A stretch of DNA of 64,000 nucleotides, from the NCBI GenBank assembly GCA_051872655.1, contig JBJEEB010000021.1, forward strand, positions 66,535 to 130,534, written 5' to 3'. A program made the position numbers and the translations under genes. The notes beneath the pieces are model-generated. The model was not told the origin of the DNA, did not search any database, and worked only from the letters and a program-made list of their open reading frames with translations. How positions within the stretch are numbered: the first letter of the stretch is position 1; the number at the start of each line of letters is the position of its first letter. This DNA is from Bacilli bacterium. GTDB lineage: Bacteria > Bacillota_I > Bacilli_A > RF39 > UBA660. Below are positions 57,259 through 64,000 of this stretch, one piece after another.

Positions 57259-59238
57259 TTATATTGTCTTATTTTTGTTTTCTTTGATTTGTTTAAAATA
57301 ATTATATTTTAATGTTAAATCATTTTTCTTTATTAAATAATTAATATAATAATTTTTGTCTTCTAGTGATATCTCATTAATTTCTTTATTATTTGTTACT
57401 ATACCACCGTCTACATAGACATTTCCATCATACCAAGAATAGTCACTAAAAAATACTATTCCTTGATAATTTGGATTTAAAGCATCATTTCCTATATAAT
57501 AGTTTTGATTGTATTCTATTCCAAATAAATTTAATATTGTTGGTAGTACGTTTAATTGTGATGTTACTTCTTTTACCACCTTTTTATCTTTATTATTAGT
57601 CCAAATAAAGAATGGAGTATGATTAATTAAGTTATTATTTGTTTCTTTATAATTATTAAAAATTGATTGATCTGATAAAGTATATAGATAGTGGTCCGTA
57701 AATACTACTATTGTTGTATTATCTAATAGTGATCTTGTTTCTAATTCTTGCATAAGTAATTCTATCATATAGTCAGTTTCTTTTGCTTGCCTTCTTGAGC
57801 AGTTTTCTTCAGTTAATTCTGGATATACATAATCTTTTGGTAGTTCTTCAAGATTATTTTCTTTTAAAATATCTTCAGTTACTAATTTTCTACAATTTCC
57901 TTTTTCTACACTAAATGGCATATGATTAGTGAAAGTTATTATGTAATCTACAAATTTTTCACTTTCAAACATTTTTTCTTTAAAAGTTTCATTTAATATT
58001 AATTCTCTATCTAAAACATATGAATCATCTTTATATGTTCCTAAATCTATTAATCCATAATAATTATCATAACCCCAATTTTTATAATTTGCTCCGCGTG
58101 AATAATACTCACTGGTATTCATATGAAAAGCATTTACTGAATAACCTTGATTTTTAAATAGATTAGCTAAAGAATATGGAAATGCATTTTTATTAAATGT
58201 ATAAGCATTCTGTGTATAAGATAATGGTGTTATAAAACCAGTATTAACAGCAAATTCTGAATTAAATGTAGATCCTCCTCCATTATAATATGAATAGTGA
58301 TTAGTAAAATTAATACTATTATTCATCATTTTATATAATGTTGGTGTATCTTTTTCAGTTATGAGCCAATCATCTATGCCTTCTAACTGAATAATAATTA
58401 GATTGTTATCTTTATATTTTCCAGTATATTTGTTTGTTTCATAAATTTCTTCCTTGGAATATTCTTCTGATAGAAAAGATAATTCTTCTTCATTTGTAGT
58501 TTTTTTTGCTTTAATAAATGTTATATAAAAATTTCTTACAGTATATTCATATATTCCTGAAACCATCATACTTTTATTATTATCATTAAAGTTTATATAT
58601 ATATTTCTTGGGTTTCTCCATGTACTCCAAGTTAATTCTTCATTTGGAGTACCTAATAAAAATGGAATTATAAAATGAAGTATTAAAAATATAAAAAATA
58701 TTCTAATAACGTTTTTTAATTTTGTTTTTTCTCTATTTGGATAATATTTTAATCCAATTATAAATGATAATATTATCGGTATTATTAATATATATACCCA
58801 TATATTACAATTTTTTATAGCATCAATAAAGTACTCAGAACCTTCTCCTACTAGAAGAAGCATATTAAAATCAAAAAAAGTACCTGTCATTGAGTAATAG
58901 ATATTATTTGTTATGTATATAATAAATGATAAAATAAAAAAGATTATGTATATTGTTTTACCTATCTTTTTTTTATAAAAGAGAGATACTCCTAGTATGA
59001 AAAATATCCATGATAAAGTAAATAATATTGGAACAAATTTTACTATACCATAAAAATGTATTTTATAACCTAATATTCTAGTAAATAGATCTATTAATAT
59101 AAATGGTAGAGCAAGTAATATTACATAGTAGTATTTTTTTATTATATATATTATCTTATTTAGTATATTTTTTATGTTTATATTTATTTTTTTCTTTGTA
59201 TTTTTACTTTTTTTCTTTTTATTTGATTCTTTTGACAC
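57259..59238 (-). CDS. LtaS-family (sulfatase-fold) lipoteichoic acid synthase / phosphoglycerol transferase
   Basis: N-terminal polytopic TM region, then an extracellular alkaline-phosphatase-superfamily domain (QLEGIDDW, GGGSTFNSEFAVNTG, NHMPF). Confidence 0.8.
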   Translation of the reverse strand: MSKESNKKKKSKNTKKKININIKNILNKIIYIIKKYYYVILLALPFILIDLFTRILGYKIHFYGIVKFVPILFTLSWIFFILGVSLFYKKKIGKTIYIIFFILSFIIYITNNIYYSMTGTFFDFNMLLLVGEGSEYFIDAIKNCNIWVYILIIPIILSFIIGLKYYPNREKTKLKNVIRIFFIFLILHFIIPFLLGTPNEELTWSTWRNPRNIYINFNDNNKSMMVSGIYEYTVRNFYITFIKAKKTTNEEELSFLSEEYSKEEIYETNKYTGKYKDNNLIIIQLEGIDDWLITEKDTPTLYKMMNNSINFTNHYSYYNGGGSTFNSEFAVNTGFITPLSYTQNAYTFNKNAFPYSLANLFKNQGYSVNAFHMNTSEYYSRGANYKNWGYDNYYGLIDLGTYKDDSYVLDRELILNETFKEKMFESEKFVDYIITFTNHMPFSVEKGNCRKLVTEDILKENNLEELPKDYVYPELTEENCSRRQAKETDYMIELLMQELETRSLLDNTTIVVFTDHYLYTLSDQSIFNNYKETNNNLINHTPFFIWTNNKDKKVVKEVTSQLNVLPTILNLFGIEYNQNYYIGNDALNPNYQGIVFFSDYSWYDGNVYVDGGIVTNNKEINEISLEDKNYYINYLIKKNDLTLKYNYFKQIKENKNKTI

Positions 59239-59306
59239 TTCAAATCACCACTACTGAAATTATACTATAATATTGTTTTTTTGTAAATAATTTAGAAAAA
59301 ATAGTA

Positions 59307-59385
59307 AATTAATAAGACTTTAGGCTTAGTAATTATTTTTGAAGACCTTAGGCTTCAAAAACAGCGAGCAACATAGTGCGAGATG
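59307..59385 (+). repeat. three-hairpin module, copy 5
   Basis: h1 is aattaataag|actttagg|cttagtaatt. h2 is tttttgaag|accttagg|cttcaaaaa. h3 is cagcgagca|acatag|tgcgagatg. Confidence 0.85.
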
Positions 59386-59459
59386 AAATAAATAGAAAAG
59401 TATTTATTTTTTTTTATTTATTTGATATAATTTAATTAGAGTAGAAGGAAGGGCTAGTT

Positions 59460-61217
59460 ATGTTTAAAGAAATTACTGCTATTAGTAAAAATTATGCTAT
59501 TGTTAAGATAGATAATGTTATTAATGATGATTTACTTAATTTGAATGTTATATTCGAAGAAAATAATAAAAAAATACTAGGAGAAATTGAAGAAATAATT
59601 AATAGTGAAGCTAAAATTACTTTTTTAGGAGAATTTATTAATGGTAAATTCTTTGATGGTATTATTAGAAAACCTAGTATTAATGCTAAGATTAGAATCA
59701 TTAATAGTGAAGAACTTGCTGAACTTACTGGTTATAATGATAATACTGCGATGATGCTTGGCTTATCTCCTTTATATAACAATAGTCCAATTAAAATTAA
59801 TATAGATGATATGTGGAGTAATCATACTGCTATATTTGGTAATACTGGTAGTGGTAAAACATATGGTGTAGCTAGACTAGTACAAAATTTATTTACTATG
59901 AATAATTATATTCCTTTTAATAGTGTTATATTTATATTTAATAATACTGATGAATATGATAATGCTTTTAAATCTATAAGTAGTTATAATTTTAATTTTA
60001 ATTATAAAATGTTTAGTACTGATACAACTGATAATAATATTTTAAAATTACCGTTATGGCTTTTATCAGTAGATGATTATGCTAATTTACTTGATGTAAA
60101 TGCGTATAGTCAAATTATGGTTATTGAAAAAATGCTTAATTATGTATCTTTGTTTGCTAAGAACGATGAAGAATCTAATAGATATAAAAACCATTTAATA
60201 GCTACCGCTATTACTTCTGTACTATATTCTAATCAAGTGTCTGCTAGAATAAGAGATCAAATATTTTCTATTTTAACTAGTTGTAGTACTAAAGAATTAA
60301 ATTTAGATGTAGAAGTTCCTGGTGTTGGTTATACAAGACAATTTAGAAAATGTTTTGAAATAGATAGTCAAGGTCAGTTTGCTGAAAGGGTACTTATAAC
60401 TGAATATATTAAAAAATTTATTGATAATGATACTAAATGGAAAGAAGATTATACTCCGGTATATTTTACTATTGATGATTTGGAAGAAGCGCTTAATTTT
60501 ACTTTAATATCTGAAGGGGTATTGCTTAATGAAAAATCATATGCTGAAGGAATTGCTTTAAAAGTTAAGTTACATAGTATTGCAAATAGTTCTTTAAGAA
60601 AATATTTTGAAGTAGAAAATTTTTGTACGATAAATGAATTTATTTCTAATCTAATATTAGTTGATGGAAATAAGAGAGCTCAGATAATTAACTTTGTACT
60701 AGAAGGTATTGATGATAGATTTGCTAAAGCTCTAGTAAAAATATATTGTAGAATTTTCTTTAATTTTATGAAGAGTCTACCTACTAGAGGTTCTATGCCT
60801 ATTAATATTATGCTTGAAGAAGCACATAGATATGTTCAAAAAGATATTGATAGTGATATACTTGGATATAATATATTTGAAAGAATTGCTAAAGAAGGTA
60901 GAAAATTTGGAGTGATGATAGATTTAATTACTCAAAGACCTACTGAATTATCTGAAACAGTTTTATCACAATGTAGTAATTTCTTAATATTTAAAATTAA
61001 TCATCCTACTGATTTAGCTTATATTGAAAAAATGGTACCTAATATTAGTAGTGATGTTTTAGAAAAACAAAAATCACTTCAATCTGGGACTTGTGTTGCT
61101 TTTGGAAAAATGATGAAGATTCCTATGATAGTTAAGATGGAACTACCTAATCCAGAACCACAGAGTTCTAATGCACATGTATTTGACAAATGGATGATAC
61201 AGTGGAAAAATAATTAA
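59460..61217 (+). CDS. HerA-like / DUF87 FtsK-HerA superfamily ATPase
   Basis: N-terminal barrel-like domain, Walker A FGNTGSGKTYGV, Walker B plus catalytic Glu in INIMLEEAHRYV, then KEGRKFGVMIDLITQRPTELSETVLSQCSNFLIFKI. Confidence 0.65.
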   Translation: MFKEITAISKNYAIVKIDNVINDDLLNLNVIFEENNKKILGEIEEIINSEAKITFLGEFINGKFFDGIIRKPSINAKIRIINSEELAELTGYNDNTAMMLGLSPLYNNSPIKINIDDMWSNHTAIFGNTGSGKTYGVARLVQNLFTMNNYIPFNSVIFIFNNTDEYDNAFKSISSYNFNFNYKMFSTDTTDNNILKLPLWLLSVDDYANLLDVNAYSQIMVIEKMLNYVSLFAKNDEESNRYKNHLIATAITSVLYSNQVSARIRDQIFSILTSCSTKELNLDVEVPGVGYTRQFRKCFEIDSQGQFAERVLITEYIKKFIDNDTKWKEDYTPVYFTIDDLEEALNFTLISEGVLLNEKSYAEGIALKVKLHSIANSSLRKYFEVENFCTINEFISNLILVDGNKRAQIINFVLEGIDDRFAKALVKIYCRIFFNFMKSLPTRGSMPINIMLEEAHRYVQKDIDSDILGYNIFERIAKEGRKFGVMIDLITQRPTELSETVLSQCSNFLIFKINHPTDLAYIEKMVPNISSDVLEKQKSLQSGTCVAFGKMMKIPMIVKMELPNPEPQSSNAHVFDKWMIQWKNN

Positions 61218-61221
61218 TATT

Positions 61222-61247
61222 AAGCCTTATAAATTAAGGCTTTTTTT
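61222..61247 (+). terminator. intrinsic terminator after the HerA-like gene
   Basis: Stem AAGCCTTA/TAAGGCTT followed by a T-run. Confidence 0.75.
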
Positions 61248-61249
61248 AT

Positions 61250-61479
61250 TTATCAACATTATCCACAGTGTTGTGGATAAGTAAATTAACATCTGTTTAT
61301 AACAAAATTCTACAAAATTTGTTGATAACCCTTTAAAACCTTTATTTTATATGTTATTATATTGTTGAAAACTTGTTTATAACTTGTCAATTTACATGTT
61401 TATAAAATTTTTATACTAGACAAATTTTTATTTTGTTATATAATAAAGTTAATGAATTCTTTATTTAGGAGGTTATGGT
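61250..61479. promoter_or_regulatory. oriC part 1: DnaA-box cluster and AT-rich region upstream of dnaA
   Basis: TTATCAACA (61250), a perfect TTATCCACA (61259-61267), a perfect inverted TGTGGATAA (61272-61280), and TGTTGATAA (61320). TGTTTATAA occurs three times (61294, 61374, 61397). Confidence 0.8.
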
Positions 61480-62841
61480 ATGAATATAGAAATTATTTGG
61501 AATAATTTTCTTGAAAAAATTAAGGAACGTATATCTCCTTTATCTTATGATACTTGGTTTAAAGATACTAAATTATATAAGATTGAAAAAAATACCGCTA
61601 TTATAATTGTACCAATGATTTTACATAAGAAACATTTGGAAGAAAACTATTTAAGTGAAATAGAAGAAATTTTTAATTCAATTACTGGTACTAATTTTAA
61701 TTTTCAATTTAAGTTAGAAAATGAAATATCTCAAAATTTTTTAGAAGAAAAAATAATTGATGAAACAGAAAATATAGGTGTTCCTCATCAAAGTAGTAGT
61801 TCTGCTAATCTAAATAGTGAATATACTTTTGATAATTTTATTGTTGGAGATTCTAATAGATTTGCCTTTACTGCTGCGAGAGCTGTTGCTGAAAAACCTG
61901 GTAAAGCTTATAATCCTTTATTTTTATATGGAAAAAGTGGTCTAGGTAAAACTCACTTAATGCATGCTATTGGTAATTATATTTTAGAAAATTCTAATAA
62001 AAGAGTTCTCTATGTTTCTAGTGAACAATTTGTAAATGATTATATATATGCTGTTAGAAATAATGAAAAAAATAATTTTGATAGAATAGATTCATTTAAA
62101 AATAAATATAGAAATATTGATGTATTGATAATTGATGATATTCAATTTTTGGGTAGTGCTACTAAAGGACAAGAAGAATTTTTTCATACTTTTAATGAAT
62201 TACATGATTCTAATAAGCAGATAATAATAGCTTCTGATAGATCTGTAGATGATTTAAAAATGTTAGAAAATAGATTAATTACGAGATTTAATTGGGGTCT
62301 TACTGCTAATATAACCCCACCAGATTTCGATTTAAGGGTAGATATAATAAAAAAGAAGATATCTCATCAAGAGGCTGCGGAAGATATACCTATTGAAGTT
62401 ATTGAATATATAGCTAATATAAATGATTCTGATGTTAGACAGCTGGAAGGTGCAATTACAAGGGTATTTGCTTATGCTCTAATGATGAATAGAGGAATTG
62501 TTAATTTAGATATTGCAATAGAAGCTCTTAAAGATAAAGTATCAGAAAAAAGTGTTTATAAAAATGATGTTCATCGAATACAAAGAATTGTTTGTGAATA
62601 TTTTAAAATTGATATTGAAGATTTAAAAGGAAAAAAAAGGAGTAAGGATGTTAATTATCCTAGACAAATTGCCATTTATCTATGTAGAAAAATGACGAAT
62701 GAGTCTTTTCCAAAGATGGGAACTTATTTTGGTGGTAGAGATCATTCAACTATTATTAGTGCATATCAGAGAATTGAAAATGATTTGAAGACAAATCTAC
62801 AATTACAGGTGGTAATAAATGAATTAAAAGAAAAAATATAG
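61480..62841 (+). CDS. dnaA: chromosomal replication initiator DnaA
   Basis: FLYGKSGLGKTHL, LIIDDIQFL, and the C-terminal DNA-binding block PRQIAIYLCRKMT..S.PKMG..FGGRDHSTIISA. Confidence 0.97.
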   Translation: MNIEIIWNNFLEKIKERISPLSYDTWFKDTKLYKIEKNTAIIIVPMILHKKHLEENYLSEIEEIFNSITGTNFNFQFKLENEISQNFLEEKIIDETENIGVPHQSSSSANLNSEYTFDNFIVGDSNRFAFTAARAVAEKPGKAYNPLFLYGKSGLGKTHLMHAIGNYILENSNKRVLYVSSEQFVNDYIYAVRNNEKNNFDRIDSFKNKYRNIDVLIIDDIQFLGSATKGQEEFFHTFNELHDSNKQIIIASDRSVDDLKMLENRLITRFNWGLTANITPPDFDLRVDIIKKKISHQEAAEDIPIEVIEYIANINDSDVRQLEGAITRVFAYALMMNRGIVNLDIAIEALKDKVSEKSVYKNDVHRIQRIVCEYFKIDIEDLKGKKRSKDVNYPRQIAIYLCRKMTNESFPKMGTYFGGRDHSTIISAYQRIENDLKTNLQLQVVINELKEKI

Positions 62842-62973
62842 TGGATAAAATTCAATCTATCAACATGTTTTGTTGATAAAAAATATATGTAAAATAAGAA
62901 AAAATAAAAGTTATAAACAATATCAACAGTATAATAATAATAATTATATAATAAAAGAAAGAGGATGATAAAA
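62842..62973. promoter_or_regulatory. oriC part 2: DnaA-box cluster between dnaA and dnaN
   Basis: AGTGGATAA (62840), CTATCAACA (62857), TGTTGATAA (62871), TTATAAACA (62911), and ATATCAACA (62920). Confidence 0.7.
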
Positions 62974-64000
62974 ATGAAATTTAAAGTAAAAAAAGAAATA
63001 TTATTAGAAAGTTTAAATAATACTGCTAGAGCAATATCTACTAAAAATTTGATACCAATACTTACAGGTATTAAGTTTGAATTAAAAGAAGATGGTTTAT
63101 ATTTATATGCTAGTGATACTGATGTATCAATTAGATCTTTTATACCTAAGGATAAACTTACTAGTACTAGTGAATTAGGTAGTATTGTTATTGGGGGTAA
63201 GTATATTGTTGAAATAATTAGAAAATTACCTAATACTGATATTTCTATTGAAGTTATAGATGGTTATAAATTAATTGTTAGTACTGATAATACTGAATTT
63301 AATTTAAATGGTATTAATCCTAATGAATTTCCTAATTTAGATTTAGATGAAACTAAGGAGCCTATTGTTATAAATAATGGTATTTTTAAGGATATAATTA
63401 ATCAAACTGTATTTGCTACTAGTCAAAGTGAAACTAGACCTTTGCTTACTGGTATTAATTTTAGAATTTTTGGTAATAGTTTTGAAGTATTAGCTACTGA
63501 TTCTTATAGACTTGCTAGAAAGTATGTAGAAATAGATAAAGATATAGAAAATGAAGTTAATATTGTAATTCCTGGTAAAAATTTACTTGAGCTTACAAAA
63601 ATGTTAGATGATGATACTGCTAGTTTAGAGATGCATTTATTTAGTAATAAAATATTATTTAAATATAAAAATATTGTATTCTTATCTAGATTATTATCTG
63701 GTACTTATCCAACAACATCTAATATTATACCTAAAAATTTTAATATAGAATTAGAATGTAGTTTCGATGATTTGTTTAATATGATAGATAGAGCATCACT
63801 TCTTACTTCAGATAGAGAAAAAAATACTGTTAAATTATCTTTAACTAAAGAAGAACTTATGATTTCTTCAAATAGTCCTGAAATAGGAAGAGTAGAGGAA
63901 AAAATGAATATTACTTCTGATAAAGAAATTAATATTTCATTTAGTTCTAAATTTATGCTTGATGCTATTAAGAGTTTTAATAAAGAAAAAGTTGTTCTTT
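62974..64000 (+). CDS. dnaN: DNA polymerase III beta sliding clamp (3' end beyond the window)
   Basis: Own translation from ATG at 62974 after AGAGGATG: MKFKVKKEILLESLNNTARAISTKNLIPILTGIKFE..., open to the window end. It is absent from the track because there is no stop. Confidence 0.92.
   Translation, partial: MKFKVKKEILLESLNNTARAISTKNLIPILTGIKFELKEDGLYLYASDTDVSIRSFIPKDKLTSTSELGSIVIGGKYIVEIIRKLPNTDISIEVIDGYKLIVSTDNTEFNLNGINPNEFPNLDLDETKEPIVINNGIFKDIINQTVFATSQSETRPLLTGINFRIFGNSFEVLATDSYRLARKYVEIDKDIENEVNIVIPGKNLLELTKMLDDDTASLEMHLFSNKILFKYKNIVFLSRLLSGTYPTTSNIIPKNFNIELECSFDDLFNMIDRASLLTSDREKNTVKLSLTKEELMISSNSPEIGRVEEKMNITSDKEINISFSSKFMLDAIKSFNKEKVVL

Noticed and set aside
12959-59385. The possibility that the hairpin triplets form a CRISPR-like array or are MITE or IS ends.
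   Set aside because: There are only three units per locus, and the stems are non-identical. There are no spacer-like unique inserts, no cas genes, no transposase, no terminal inverted repeats and no target-site duplications. A dispersed-repeat origin cannot be fully excluded without a genome-wide search.
1-64000. Mollicutes-type genetic code 4 (TGA read as Trp), considered because of the extreme AT content.
   Set aside because: Long housekeeping ORFs are intact under code 11. Trp is encoded by TGG throughout, and TGA ends genes, for example dnaI at 6608-6610 and the HD-like gene at 13875-13877.

Overview
Very AT-rich chromosomal segment, roughly one quarter G+C by eye. It looks like a low-GC Bacillota-type bacterium: PolC plus DnaE, a DnaB/DnaD-type initiator plus DnaI loader, SufCDSU, LtaS and a long HPF. 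It reads in the standard code (TGG for Trp, TGA used as a stop). Gene order is yidC-rnpA-rpmH on the minus strand, then an almost uninterrupted plus-strand run. That run holds parA-parB, csp, dnaB(DnaD-like)-dnaI-dnaE-gmk, valS, rmuC, hpf-secA, guaD, CBS-pyrophosphatase, ackA, nrnA, sigA, sufCDSU, polC, polA-mutM, a GT2/LtaS pair and a HerA-like ATPase. It ends at a DnaA-box-rich dnaA-dnaN origin region. I saw no rRNA, tRNA, CRISPR array, transposase or integrase. The most interesting feature is a three-hairpin module present five times, always in the same orientation. Its stems covary and its apex is conserved. Each copy lies 75-109 nt upstream of the start codon of HD/valS, secA, polC, polA or the HerA-like gene next to oriC. 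I cannot assign it to any RNA or repeat family I know. Other points worth a second look follow. rpmH is separated from dnaA by 60 kb, and gene polarity switches at rpmH/parA rather than at dnaA. Inverted DnaA-box pairs lie upstream of secA and polC. A decayed cassette island sits downstream of secA; it has a relic copy of the secA 3' end, TAGATACGTT direct repeats and two dead methyltransferases. About 105 bp of the gmk 3' end is duplicated around a 1.45 kb insert. There are two orphan FtsK/HerA-superfamily ATPases, an unannotated pair of tiny hydrophobic peptides, a shared TTCCCGGGAA palindrome flanking polA, and a candidate structured ncRNA at about 22.1-22.3 kb. All calls come from reading the sequence and ORF translations; no database search or folding program was run.
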